Below are positions 1-41,185 of a stretch of 64,000 nucleotides of DNA, in pieces. Origin of the DNA: Hormiphora californensis (Eukaryota > Animalia > Ctenophora). The stretch is taken from positions 9,920,001 through 9,984,000 of the forward strand of contig CM035350.1 in assembly GCA_020137815.1 (NCBI GenBank). The letters run 5' to 3'. A program made the translations under genes and the position numbers. A model generated the notes under the pieces. That model had not been told where the DNA came from. It made no database searches and was given only the letters and a program-made list of their open reading frames with translations. The number at the start of each line of letters is the position of its first letter. The first letter of the stretch is position 1.

Positions 1-187
1 ACCAAACTTGTTTGGTTTTTGGATCTAGTGTGTGCTATACAAGTTGTCTAATTCTGTGTGCTACATTATACAAGTTGTCTGATGTTGTTATGTGAGCTGA
101 GAGATGTCTATGATGTTGTACTGTGAGCTGCGAGATGTCTATGATGTTGATTGTGGTGTGTCCATCATTAATCATGTGTGTACCCAG

Positions 188-850
188 GCTGGTGACAAAC
201 AGACATCCCCAATGTACCCGGACCTTGACGAAATGGTAAGAAATACAATGACGACCCTCCCTGGCCCTCCCCCTGGCCCTGAGCCCTCCCCAAACAATAT
301 ACCCCAATTAGACTAATTACCAACCAATTAGACTGTCAAATCTTGTCTCTGTATCTTTCTATCCATTAAAACGCTAGCTAAGCTAGTTGAGAACGCTTTT
401 AGCACCACAAACCCAATTGCAACCAAAATGTGCCCATTTTTTGCATCACTGTTTTGGCAACTTTATCTCCAAAAGTGGTTCAATATTTCAGGAGATGACG
501 GAAAAATAGAAACCCTTCCTCCTCCCCCTCAGTAAGTTAAAACCATTCTCTTCTTCCCACACCCCCACACAATACATACAGCTACTGTTGCACCTCATCT
601 ACATATTGACTGAAACTTTTCCATGTGTTTCTTGCACCTGACAGCATGTCTTGTTTCTGTGTATATCTTGTACATGTGTATGTTTGTGGTACTGATTTAT
701 CATATCCCATTCATGATTATCTGTGATTCATCACTATGATCCCATCCGGGTGGTTTAGCACCTAACACTCCCCTCTTTTCAGCAAATGGAGGATATGTGA
801 AAACTTCCAAAACAACAAACACAAAAGAGATTGGAACAGAAGAGAAGTGA
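188..850 (+). CDS. Probable 3' end of an unidentified gene entering from upstream of the window, with possible alternative terminal exons
   Basis: cag|GCT acceptor at 187 opens AGDKQTSPMYPDLDEM, followed by donor ATG|gtaag at 235/236. Read-through ends at 316; further acceptors at 491 (EMTEK*) and 782 (QMEDM*). No recognisable domain. Confidence 0.35.
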
Positions 851-1589
851 GAAAGACTGATCTAATTTGTCAGATAGGGCCGTCAGTTTGATAGTCCCTA
901 AGATGTTGCACCCCCAGTAATTTAGTTCTATTGCTTGTTTTCAGCTTTTTGGTATGTCCAATTGTCTTTGTCTTGATTGCACACATCACCTAAATATTTT
1001 AGATCCTGCTAGAGCGAGTCTTCTCCCGGGGTTACATGTGTTTTGTGTTGAGTTGTTTTTAGGGGTTGGTAACGCAATTACCCCTACATTGCACTATCGC
1101 AATGCCCTATCTACAGAGGGGTAATTTCGTCACCAATTTTAGGGGCAAAGACTGTTAGTTAGTGAACTATTCTATACATTATTCCACATCGTATAACCCC
1201 ACTGTAACTCAGGGTGTATTACTAATATTCAAAATTGAAGTTTGATTTCCACCTACCATGGAACAATTGAAAGCGAGTTCTATAAAAATGTATTTTCGTC
1301 GAGATAGAGATTTTATTATAACCAGTAAAACTTTATTAACAACAGTTTTTTCTACAACATACATTTTCGAGACTTAAGATAAAGAGCCTTCCTTAACTAA
1401 AATGTCGCTGTGTGAGATTAATGAATATGGTCCACTGTGAAAGATAACCAGTATTTTCCTGTTTTTTAAGTTCGTTATTGTAGCCCGTTGAACTAATTAG
1501 TTCCCTAAAATTAAACAGTTGTCCTTTAATTGCTGTCTCCAATTACACGTTTAATAGCTACCGATGGTTCAACGGGAGTTGGATCTGTG

Positions 1590-1720
1590 ACGTCACTTTT
1601 GGTGCGCGCAAATAAAAAGCCGCGCTACAATTACTCAAAATTGAGTGCGCGCGCGTATTTATCAGTTCGAAATAAAATAAAATCACTCGCGCTCCACAAA
1701 AAAAAACTAAATTTTGAGTT
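1590..1720. promoter_or_regulatory. CpG/CGCG-rich promoter-like patch upstream of ICT1
   Basis: Cluster of gcgcgc/cgcg motifs and tgacgtca in otherwise CpG-poor DNA, ~120 bp upstream of the ICT1 start. Confidence 0.45.
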
Positions 1721-1842
1721 TTGACTGATTTTTCTGGAAATTTGTGAAATTATACTACTTCAGACTTCTGGTCAAAACAAGACATTTTTACATCACTTGC
1801 AGGAAGTTTATAGTCATTCCTTGATAGCCCTTTAACAGCTTG

Positions 1843-2328
1843 ATGAGTTTTCTTGGTTCAACACGAGTGATTGGCTTCGCTAGACCTTTGGCTCGACTTC
1901 TATCGCTTTCCAAGGGAGATGAAGAGAGGGGTTTTGCCTTTCCATTCCCCAAACGCAGCTACCAGTTCTCCTATATGCGTAGTAGTGGTTCGGGCGGCCA
2001 AAATGTTGATCGAAGAAACACCAAAGCAGCTCTTAAAGTGCAGGTTACCGGTGCGAAGTGGATCAGTGACCGGACAATAGCTTCTATCAAGGAGTCTAAC
2101 TTGTTAGATAAGAATGGATGTTTGACCATAACATGCCAAGGATCCAGACATCAGAGTGAAAATAATGCGGAATGTTTGGTAAAGTTGGAGAGTCTACTTC
2201 ACAAGCACTCATATGTCCCACCCGAGCCCACTGCCGAGGAATTAGTACAGAGGGAGAAACAAGCAGCGGCAAGAAAGGAACGCCGGAAACAAATTGAACG
2301 GACTAAAAAGTATCTTCGAAAAGCGTGA
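1843..2328 (+). CDS. ICT1: Mitochondrial peptidyl-tRNA hydrolase / ribosome rescue factor ICT1 (mL62), single exon
   Basis: RSSGSGGQNVDRRNTKA (GGQ motif), ITCQGSRHQSENNAECL, basic C-terminal tail, N-terminal presequence-like segment. Confidence 0.9.
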   Translation: MSFLGSTRVIGFARPLARLLSLSKGDEERGFAFPFPKRSYQFSYMRSSGSGGQNVDRRNTKAALKVQVTGAKWISDRTIASIKESNLLDKNGCLTITCQGSRHQSENNAECLVKLESLLHKHSYVPPEPTAEELVQREKQAAARKERRKQIERTKKYLRKA

Positions 2329-3124
2329 TTTTGATTGGTAGTATTATTGTTATCTTAGTTAATTGTTAATTGTTTTGTAAGTTGACCCACCTGTAGTGTT
2401 TCGTTTAGTGCATGTCATACAACCCTGGCTAGTTGTACCAACTCCCCAGTTCCCGGCCAGGATTCCTCAACGCCGTCAAAACAACAGGGAGGGAACCTGG
2501 CCAATGGAGTTGAGAATCTTCATGATGAACTAGATGTGAGTTTACATAATGTAACATGATTTACTGCTAGTCTAACACTAATTTAAATTGTGATGTTGGT
2601 TGTAGTAATTAATGATTTAACCATTTAGGTTTAGTGAAATTCAATAAGTACGTCCCGTATCATCTGACGTCACAGATGCTTCTATCTAGTATAACAGTGT
2701 TTCTATTAGTGTAGTAGAGCATTGTCCGGTGTGAGCTATTTATAAATCATCCAGGAAAGATATTGTAACAATAAACTGCACTTCTACTGCACCATTATAG
2801 CACCACCAATAGGAAACAGATTTTACAGCTGTCACGGTGGTACACTATGACAGCTGCAAAATCTGTTTCCTATTATTCGCTGACGTTTTCTATCTTCCAT
2901 TTCTCTCTCACACACACCATCTTTATCAGTTCTCTATCGATTCTGCCTTGGAATGAAGCGTCACTGAATATTTTACTGTTCTTCTTCCTGTTTCATATTC
3001 AACACCTCACGAATATTTCTCACTTACTCTCAAATTACCAACGTCTTACCTTTCAACTTCGTCTTTTGTAATTCTCCATTCTCCATTCCCTTCCTCAGAT
3101 TTCAGCGAAGTTGGAGTTCGAAGG

Positions 3125-17462
<14,338 letters not shown>

Positions 17463-17779
17463 CCTCAACAAGAATTGATAAATTATTAAAACTCCCCGCT
17501 CTCTAGCTCTCCGCATTGGTGCGGATAAAATTGGGGACTGTGTATGCTTTTTTGATGTATTCTTTTTTTCTAATCCCCCTCTTGATAAATGCAGACTGTC
17601 TTCACGATTTTACTACCACAAGAAATTGCTATTGTATCAGATTTCTGATAATTTTTCTCCAATAAGAAATATATTTGTAGAGTTGTTGTCTATGGTTTTG
17701 GTTGTTCAAACCCGGAGAGCAAGGCAAGGTTAGGGTATATGGAAGCGGGTAGCCGTTATTCATATCAGATTCCACGATT

Positions 17780-18060
17780 GGGCACGTCACACTTCCAACT
17801 CCCTACGGAAGGGGCCTCGGAGCCTCTCAGGGGAATTCCATAGCTGATGCCTCATGACGTCATCAAATGTAGCGCGCAAAACATTTCTGCGCCGCGCGAC
17901 CGAAAATCCGCGCCGCTCGCGAACGAAATTGAAATTCGCGAAATTGAAAATTTGTATTTTTGCTGTCCAGAAAAAAGCACGATTTTTTTTGGCATGCGCT
18001 GCAGACCCCAAGTGCGCGCGTTTTCCACGGCTTTAGGGCCTATAGCATAGGCCAAGATTT
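17780..18060. promoter_or_regulatory. CpG-rich promoter-like region upstream of SREBP
   Basis: Dense CG/CGCG content and a tgacgtca motif between the TRAK 3' UTR and the SREBP start. Confidence 0.5.
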
Positions 18061-18197
18061 TTTTTTCTTCCGTGTTCTTTTTTAATTCTCACAGACTCCT
18101 GATCATTTATCGTTTAGAATTGACCTGTTTTCACGCTTTCAACTTTTCAGAATTACCATAAGAACTCCAAATTTAGATTTCCCAATGTTCACTCAAA

Positions 18198-31868
<13,671 letters not shown>

Positions 31869-31926
31869 AACACCCACAATGTGTTACACATGGTGGCCCA
31901 CACTCAAATCTCACGTGGCACAAACT

Positions 31927-32081
31927 AAAGTCCATTTTTTTTCAACTGTTCACCCAAAAACTGAAATTTAATAAAAATTAGAATTTGGGTGGCGCGCGCT
32001 ATACGTTAACATGTGATAAACGCGCAAAACAATTCCGCGCACGACTTTGGGGGGTGAACAGTTGAAAAAAAATGGAGTATA
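31927..32081. mobile_element. ~150 bp MITE (second copy inverted at 50019-50173)
   Basis: TIR tccattttttttcaactgttcaccc / gggtgaacagttgaaaaaaaatgga; near-identical reverse-complement copy at ~50.0 kb. Confidence 0.8.
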
Positions 32082-32168
32082 TCGCATTCCATAGACGGAG
32101 GGCGCGGGGTCAGACAGGTGAGAGGGTTGGCGCGTGTTTACGCGCGATTACGACGCGCGCCGTCAGCA

Positions 32169-32250
32169 ATGAGGCCACTTTGAGATCTCTGAAGCCTCTC
32201 TCTGGTCTGGCGGAAAGTTTAGGAGGAGTGTGGTGATTTCATCATTATAG

Positions 32251-32305
<55 letters not shown>

Positions 32306-34698
32306 AGAGAGAGAGAGAGACAGTGAGAGAAAGAGAGCGGGGAAAGAAGAGAACAGGTTGTTCCAGTGTCGCTAGGTTTCTGTCACCACCCCCTGAGGGT
32401 TTGTTGTCATTCACAGGGAGACTGGAGACTGGAGAATGAGATCATAGCGGAGAGATATTCGAAAGTGATGAGTTTCTCATTCTCACCTACTAAATGTGTC
32501 GCCATATGTTGCTGACTCGCATTTCACAACAAAGAGATATAAGATATGTTATTCTCTCATACTACTCATTTTAAATGGTCGGTGTAACTTTATCTCAATG
32601 ACTCAAGAAGAAGTGAGAGATACTTAGGGAGATTGAGAGGAAGTAGAAAAGATAAATATCCGGGTACGGAAAGATCATTTGCCTAGCTCGACCACCGTTT
32701 TTTAAAACGGGTTTGTACAAAACCAACAGATGATAAACCAAAACGATCGATATTTCAAGTTTCAACAAGTAAAATAAAACAAATACAGACACATGCGGAG
32801 ATTTTACAAATAAACACACAGCACAGTATATTATTATAGGAATATTTTTTAAACTGAAGTCGCTTGAGAGTCATTGCTCGTTTCGTTATTCTCTCTATTG
32901 AAAAGGTCCAGTTTCTGATAAATAGCCCTCCCATCCTCCCCTCCCTCTCTCTGGAAAGACTCAGATAATCTCAGTGAGACGGTGTTGTAGTGAGTGCACT
33001 GGTTACACCCTGTCCTATTATTATAGGTATCGTTCAATGTTGAATAATGGCTGAGATACCCAGCCGGTGCGGTGTTGCCCCACTGTTGCATCTGCTGGTG
33101 TTGTTTCCGCAGTGCCACCGGTTCAAGTGGCGGAGGTGGCGGTTTGGAGTAGCGGGTATGGCTGCGAAGACGCCGTCTCAGTGCCCGAGAGATGTGGCAC
33201 AGAACTGCAGTTGTGATGATGGATATGAGAAGCAGGACGGCCAGGATATAGAGCAAGATGACCAACCACTGGGTGTCCCTGACCACGGTGGTAGAGCTCC
33301 GCTGGGTTAACTCTGGGGTCGAGGGAGAGGGAAGGTCGGGTGGTGATGAGAGGTTAAATACCACACTATCTCCAACAACTGTCCCGGAACTCTCCAGGTC
33401 CTCCCTGATTCTACACGTGTATTGACATGTGACACTTCTGAGGCGGCTCTTTTGGACGAACTGCGGGACAAGGATTGTTTTGGCTCGGGTGGCCACGGCT
33501 ATAGCTTCATTTGTAGTGCCCGCCAGAATGGAAATGTTACAAGATAAAAGATCGGGTCTCTCGGTTACCACGGCACATGACACGGGGATAGAACCGTTAC
33601 GAGAGAAAGAGACAGTTGGTGGGTTGAGGTGTGTAGGCTGCCTGCTTGCACACGTCTCGCTGGGTGGCGTTGTATAAACCTGAAACTCGGTAAGAGGTTT
33701 TATCATCATCTCAACTCTAGTAAAACTGTCTGTTTGTCGGAGTGAAGTTGTTGAGGTCATGAACCCAGGACATTGCCCATCCTCTCCCCTCCATAGCCAA
33801 TACTGAGTGGCCCTGACAACTCTGACCACCACGCCCAGACACGTTGCATCCCGACCCTCCTCGATATCAATACTCCTAGCAGTGATAGGGAGAGCGTTAT
33901 CTATGTAGGTTATTGGGTTGTTACCGCTCTGGCACGACCATGGAACTGGCGTATCCGTCAGTTGGATCTGTTTAAACTGAGCGCTGTAGTGTTGGGGGTC
34001 ATTGGGGAGACGAAGTATGACGTAGTAGAGGCTGCTATCGGAGGAGTGAACTGCCAGGAACAGTAGTGTCAGGAACAGTAGTGTCGTCCCACGTGTCATC
34101 CCACGTGTCATGGCCCACAAGAGCTGGGCGAGGAGGAACATTCTCTGAAATGTTGTCAATATATGGCCCATATATCGTCAGATAAAAGTTGTTCTAGGTA
34201 TTATACATTTGTCTTGCAACCCACCCACACAGTCATGCGACATGTATTGCAAACATTTCTAAAAATAGCCCCACCTGTATTTTGGCGACTTGGTTCTTGT
34301 GTTGTTCCCTGTTTCTATGTACCAAGCTCCACAGCTCTAAATTCCGGGCCTGCTGTGTTCTCAGCTCCCGCTCCAAAACCTCCACTCGCTCCCCCAACTC
34401 CTCCAAAGTGTCTGCCAGGGCTGTTATTGTAGGCTCTACTGATAGATTATCTAGACTGAATATCCGGGCATAACCAGGGTTATTAGAGGGGTGTTGATTC
34501 TGGTTGTACACTGGAATTGGGACATTGTGGTCGGATGAAGGGGTCTTCTTTTTCTTTCTTCTAAATAAAGTAGCCATGACAACTAGACAAGGCAAACAGG
34601 CAACTACTGAAGTAAATGGTGGTTAATTGAGAGAAGTGAATCGACTTCCTATAAACATCAAACACAACTAGCGGCAAATGAGTTTTATCTTGTTTTCA

Positions 34699-34769
<71 letters not shown>

Positions 34770-36502
34770 CCTTCTCTCTCACAGGTAGACAGCATGTACG
34801 GGCAGAAGCCAGTGATGCAGTGTGATTGGCCCTACCTAATCAAGTGTTTAATAATCTATTTTGGCATCAATCACGCGTGCATGGTGAGTTGAAATTAATT
34901 GGAATGATTCCGATTTTTTCATCGGAAGATCGGAAAATTTAGAATCAACAGAGCTAAATTAGTATCTGATTTTACAACTGACTGTCTTTTCATCTTTTTC
35001 CTAATTTTTCTTTCTGTCTAAGATTCCTTTCTTTCTCTCGTCTTTCGCTCATTCAAGCTCCCCTTCCTTGACCCTACCACCAAGACCCTGGCCACCTACT
35101 TCTGATAACTAACCTCCTCCCACTGGCCACCTATTTCTGTTAACCACCTCCCCCCCCCCTCCTCAGAAACTAGACTACATGAACAGTGTCCAACTATCCC
35201 TGACCCTGACCGCCCTATCCCTTATGATGTGGTGGCTGTTCGACAGGACTGTGTGTGGACTCGCCGTGGGTGTCATAGCAACCCTTCTCCTTATCACCCT
35301 CTCCCAGATCTTCGTTTACCAGGGATTTGCTAGGTTAGTTTAACGAGCTAAATCTGTAGATGTAGATTGAATAGTTTGGTTCAATTGAGGCTACCTAGCA
35401 GTTACTGTATGTGCTAATAGCAGCGGGATTATGCCACGTTATATTTTCTAGTGTGTATATGACGTCACCCCGCGTCATTTACAACTCACAGTAAATCAAA
35501 TATATACAGTCTATGACAGTGTCTGTAGCAGTATAGGAAGTTGGGCTCACTATAGGTTCTAGGTTACAACGAGTGTCACGCCCATTACATGTTTCATCAT
35601 GATGCTCCGAGAATTGCTAGGGAGGGTACAAACTAGACAAACAGCTAAAAGGGAAAACTCAAAAGTTATGATCTAAGGGGCAGCACAACTGTGAGGGTTT
35701 TATGAATGGTCCGGGTTACAGGGAAATATTAGGCATTGTTCCAAAGAAGGAAGTACATTATACTGTGTTATAAACAAAAGAGTAAATGAAACATGCCCCG
35801 AACATAAACATGATAAAACACATAATGCATGAATCATGAAACACATGCTTTGGTGTGGTAAAGACACATATTGACAGTGTAACTGAACCTAACACAACCC
35901 CCTCCACCAGGTACAAGAGGCCGGACTTTTTCTTTCTTCGCTCCTGGCTCCCCTCCCTAGTTTTTGGAGCGGTCATTACTTTTGGAACTATCGGCAGACA
36001 ACTATCAGCCTTCGTAAGTACTGCTACTATTTTACACTCCCTGTCTAAGTTCTATATTTCACAAAAAACAATATTATAAAGATGTCTTAAGATATCTCAT
36101 CTCATTTCTTCAAGTATCCAATTTGATTCCCTTCATTGCTTTCTCCAAGTTCACAATTAGAAACTCCCATTTATTCTCGTATACGGTATATGGGATTATC
36201 ATACTGCTTTTTTTCTCTCTCTCTGCATCCTGTCTGCAAGGTGCTTGGTATAATTGTTTCTTCTTTTATCATCTCATTTCGACCCCCTATATGATATTAG
36301 AAGAAGTGAGAAGCCTACATGTCATGTGCTTATTGCATTCCTTTGTTTCTATCACATGACCCACATGCTCTCTCTCTCTCTAGCTCTCTTTCTCTCACAC
36401 ATCCCTCACTCTAATGTTATGTACCTCTAACAGTTGGTATATATTATTGTGCTAACGTATCCCTTCATTTTTCAGAAGCTGAGTCATATTCACGACGAGT
36501 GA
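32169..36502 (+). CDS. INSIG: Insulin-induced gene protein (INSIG). Exons ~32169-32258 (damaged/incomplete), 34785-34883, 35167-35333, 35911-36013, 36476-36502
   Basis: W..LIKCLIIYFGINHACMKLDYMNSVQLSLTLTALSLMMWWLFDRT...PDFFFLRSWLPSLVFGAVITFGTIGRQL...HDE* matches INSIG TM3-6. The putative TM1 start (RRSVVI[F]IIIGFS) needs indel correction, and the rest of TM1-TM2 was not found. Confidence 0.85.
32849..34577 (-). CDS. Uncharacterised membrane protein nested antisense in an INSIG intron. ORFs 34577-34275 and 34144-32849 joinable by a 130-bp phase-0 intron
   Basis: 440-aa ORF with a hydrophobic N-terminal segment, Cys-containing ectodomain, TM helix (WLVILLYILAVLLLISIITTAVLC) and Tyr-motif tail. 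Upstream coiled-coil ORF ends CAG|gtgggg; acceptor tttcag|AGA is in frame. Confidence 0.75.
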
Positions 36503-37241
36503 AGTTGGAGAAACGCACTCTATACTAGGACAGCTAGCGGGACATTTAGAGATATAGAACATAGTACAGCAGTGCATGCGGGTCTGAGTAGAAGCAGTGG
36601 TAGAAAAGTAGACTCTTTTTCTTCTTTCTCGGGTTACGATATTTTAATTATTTGAGAAATTTCTAATTTTAATTTAATTTATTTTGTATTCAGTTCATAA
36701 AATAACCGTGTTTTTCTTTTGCGGGATATAATATGTTATGATATGTCATGTTGTGTCAAACTAAATGACTGGTTCGGAGAGGGCAGTCCTTTGTGATGTT
36801 TTGTTGTTGACAACACCCACACCAAGACAGCAGAGTCGGGTGATCTGCCACTTTATAACAGTAGGGCGCGGTGACATACCAAGGAAGAGAGTGGATATTG
36901 TGCGCGCTTCAAATTGAGGCGCGCAAGATCGTTCGATCGCCTGATATCATACCCACACATGTCACGTGACCAATAATGGGAGGTGTCGGGAGATCAATGA
37001 TGTGCAGGTTTTATGCAGCATATTTTGAATATACACCAAGGGGTGCCGCGGGAGAGAGGGAAAATATAAAACTCAAGTGCTCCGGTTTTAAAAGACGTAT
37101 TATAACTGACAGCAACAAAAAACAAAACCCGATCTCAAACCAAACCAATATCATCCAAATACCAATATTATATGTAGTTTCACCAGGAAACTATGAAATG
37201 TATAGTCGTAGCTAATTGATTGTAATTATATTATACATTAA

Positions 37242-38631
37242 GGGTACGCTAACCAAAAAATTTTTTCGAGTGCAGGGAAATCTCTCACCGTAGGGTTGTA
37301 GGCCATGCCAAGGAGACCTCAAATATGCAATTTGAGCTCTCAAGTCGAATTCATATTTTTGCTACAGCTGCTTGAAAAATGAACTGAAAATAAGTTTTTG
37401 GCATCTCAAAAAAATTTTTTTAAAGATAGGAGCATGAAAATTTGGGGATTTGAAGAGGACATGAAGGTGAATAACCAAAAAATTTTTTTTTGCAATCCGA
37501 GCTGATTTCCGGTCCTGAGATGGATTTCTTTTTTTCCACTTTAACGCCCTATTTGGCAAAGTTCCGAAAACATGTGAAAGCTGTAAATTGGTGAAAAGTT
37601 GCGTCTAACGATTCTCTATATGGCCATAAATTTTGGGCGCGTCCTTATTTGAGATAAGCTGTACAGAGTTTTTTTTGTGAAAGCCGTCATTTCAGAAATA
37701 AATAAATTCCCTGTATCTCAAAAACGGTTGATCGTAGAGACCTGAGACTATGCTTAAACGATTCAGAAGGTCCAATTTTGGGGGGGTCTTCTGAGAGACA
37801 TTTTGCTCCTACTTCAACTGTTTTTGCTGTAATTGCGAAAAACAAAAACCCATCTTCGCCATCGTGGATTTTTTGTGATTTTGTTTTTGGTGATTATAGG
37901 GACCCATATGGACCAAATAGTGAATGAATTAGCTCGTTAAACATTTTTCCATAGTTTCGGTCCTTTCTTAGCTAAAATTCCCTAATTACAGGATATTGGA
38001 GTTTAGCTTTTGCCCTTTTCATAGAATTTGTTTTTCGCAATTACAGCAAAAACGGTTGAAGTAGGAGCAAAATGTCTCTCAGAAGACCCCCCCAAAATAG
38101 GACCTTCTGAATCGTTTAAGCATAGTCTCAGGTCTCTACGATCAACCGTTTTTGAGATACAGGGAATTTATTTATTTCTGAAATGACGGCTTTCACAAAA
38201 AAAACTCTGTACAGCTTATCTCAAATAAGGACGCGCCCAAAATTTATGGCCATATAGAGAATCGTTAGACGCAACTTTTCACCAATTTACAGCTTTCACA
38301 TGTTTTCGGAACTTTGCCAAATAGGGCGTTAAAGTGGAAAAAAAGAAATCCATCTCAGGACCGGAAATCAGCTCGGATTGCAAAAAAAAATTTTGTGGTT
38401 ATTCACCTTCATGTCCTCTTCAAATCCCCAAATTTTCATGCTCCTATCTTTAAAAAAAATTTTTTGAGATGCCAAAAACTTATTTTCAGTTCATTTTTCA
38501 AGCAGCTGTAGCAAAAATATGAATTCGACTTGAGAGCTCAAATTGCATATTTGAGGTCTCCTTGGCATGGCCTACAACCCTACGGTGAGAGATTTCCCTG
38601 CACTCGAAAAAAAGTTTTGGTTAGCGTACCC
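37242..38631. mobile_element. Young foldback MITE with ~605 bp TIRs and TTAA target duplication (Kolobok-like termini)
   Basis: ttaa|GGGTACGCTAACC...GGTTAGCGTACCC|ttaa; near-identical arms, ~180 bp spacer. GG..CC termini fit Kolobok rather than piggyBac (CCC..GGG). Confidence 0.85.
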
Positions 38632-38853
38632 TTAAGTCGATAAATCCACCAACACATTGCCAGCAAAGTTTAAAACACGAAAGTCGTTTCAGCACAATCA
38701 TGGACTGGGTAGTTCAAGTCGCGGGGAACACACAATTCTCTAAACAAAAAATTCCTTACGGATATAATAATATTATTGGTCATAAAACACTGCATTATAA
38801 GTTAAGAAACACTTAAAATCATTTAGTTTCTCTGCACTTCATCAAGTTGTACT

Positions 38854-41094
38854 CTACCATGAAGCCTCCGGTGCAGCTGCAGGCGAGGTTCCACCAGTAG
38901 CCACGGAGGTAGCTACAAAGTTAGGTAAAGAGGCCAGCAAACTTTCTGCTTTATCCTTCCCTTCACTCCCAGCAGTGTTACCCGCAGCAGCAGCAGCAGC
39001 AGTAGCTGTGTTGAGCATGTGGAGCATTGAGATCGCATCGGTGGTAAGGGTAGCTGAGACTGGAATGTTGGGTGGTGCAGGGCCCTTTCCCAGCAGGTTA
39101 GGGGAGGTGGTAGTGGTGGCGGAGTTGCTCATGTGTTTGTTTACAAAGTGCTTCTTCAGCATCAGGATCCGGACAAAGGATTCTTCACACTGAAGGGGAG
39201 GGAGGGTTAGAAAATATATTACTATTTAAGGGGAAACTCTAACTGAATGGCATCCCATTAATGGGATCCCATCAACAGTAAAACTCTAACTGATAATGGA
39301 CCACAGTGATGGTTCTTTCTCTGTATTCTCTCTGTAGGCAGTACATATAGTATATATGCCCAAGCAATCCCCGGTCCTCCCCCACTACAGCTGCAATTAC
39401 CCAAGCAATCCCCGGTCCTCCCCCACTACTACAATTACCCAAGCAATCCCCGGCCCTCCCCCACTACTGCAATTACCTGACTACACTTGTACGGCTTCTC
39501 GGTGGTGTGCATGGCAAGTGAATGCCGCTTTAGTGTACTGGATTGGCAGAATCCTTTGCCGCATAATCGGCACACGAAGGGTTTCTGAGGGGAGATGTAA
39601 ACATTAGCTGATTCATTAGAACAAATCTTGGGGGGTCTCAACAACTAAAAAGTGAACCATGAATAGTAGCTCCAAATGTTGAAACACCTCACCTCTCCGG
39701 TATGAATTCTGATGTGTTCGGTTAGGTTCCATTTGTAAACAAAGCTCTTAGGACAAAACGTGCACTTGAAAGGCCGTTCTGTACTGTGGATCTTCATGTG
39801 TCGTAGCAACCTGAAGGGAGGGACTTAGTATAGACTATAGCACTTCCAATCACTATTGGGAAACAAGGCCAAGGGAGGTTGGGAAACAGTGGGCAGTAAA
39901 CGCATGCTCTATTCTAACCTATTGAAACTCACTGCAGTAGTTTATTATAGGATCACTGAGTCACTAACCTAATCTGAGTGTCGAAGGAAGTATCGCACTG
40001 CTGACACTTGAAGCCTCGATTTGGGTGGGTCTTCATATGTTCCTTCAGCATCTCCTTACTGGTGATTATTTTACACATTCTGCACGTGCTAAGCTTGAAC
40101 TGATGTACCCCAAACACGTGGGTTTTCAGGTTGCTCTTTTGAGTGAACCTCGCCTCGCAATAGGGACAATTGTGAATCTTCTCCAGCTCAGACTTGATGG
40201 GGGTGGAGGGTGAGGCTGAGGAGGATGATGGGGTTGTGTCCTTGGGGGTCGTGGTTGTTGGGGGACTGGAGGATAGTGCAGATCCTGGTAGAATCAACTC
40301 CTGAAAGAGAGAGAGTAGGGTAGTGTGTGTGATGGAAGTGGGTTAAGATTAAGGATGCTCAAAAATGGGCACGCCTGAAACAAAATTGCACTACCCTGCT
40401 AGTGAATGCCCTTTTCCCACTTTATTTTAGTTCGTGGGATTGTTGTGGGTAAAACTCGTTAGCGGCACGTGTTTAGATTGCAAGTGTTCAACGAGGATGC
40501 TACGTGATATAGACACATCTCTCTTCCCACCACCCCATGCGGCTGCCAGTTGTTGTAGTAAGGCGTGCCAGAGGGACTGCCTTACCTGCTGAGTAAAGAG
40601 TGGTTGCTGGGAGAGAAGGGAACTAGCAAGACCATTGAGTGACTGCTCCGGTTGAGATGCCAGGCTAGGTAGGGTGAACCTTAGCGGAACAAGGGATGAC
40701 AGGTTGGACCTGAAGGGGAGCGTTATTATTACACGTGTCTGAATTACTGTGCAAATTGTGGAGACTTTTCCCCGTACCTTGATCTCGGAGGGGAAGTGAG
40801 AGAATTGAGTATGAGCTGCTGAGGTCCCACGCCACCACCACCACCACTAGATAGGGAACTAAGGGGTGTTCCTCCGTGGGAACCCCCACACAGTTGACCA
40901 AGGATTCCCTCTAGATTTAGGGCAGGTGGGGATCTGATGGGAGGTGGAGCACTGCTGTACTCCCCCGCCTCAGCCATACGTGGCGATTTCTTTATCTGCA
41001 TATCATCCCCTTCCATCGTGTTGTCGGGTTGAAATATCCGTTTTTCAGCCCGTTTGATAATGCTATCTCGCTCCGAAACCGGCGGCACCGGCAT
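38854..41094 (-). CDS. C2H2 zinc-finger transcription factor (6 fingers). Exons ~41094-40586 (with indels), 40300-39969, 39810-39693, 39584-39477, 39189-38854
   Basis: [54 protein letters not shown], etc.; exon phases consistent. The 5' end is obscured by the low-quality region. Confidence 0.85.
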
Positions 41095-41185
41095 GGCATC
41101 TGAAAAACACGCTGAATTAGTGTTATGGTTGCTGCTGAAATTGTGTACTTTGAATGAGCGCGCGTCACTGCGCGTCACTCGAGAA

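Noticed and set aside
37362-38511. Twin 65-aa ORFs on opposite strands
   Set aside because: Mirror images within the foldback arms, with no transposase motifs.
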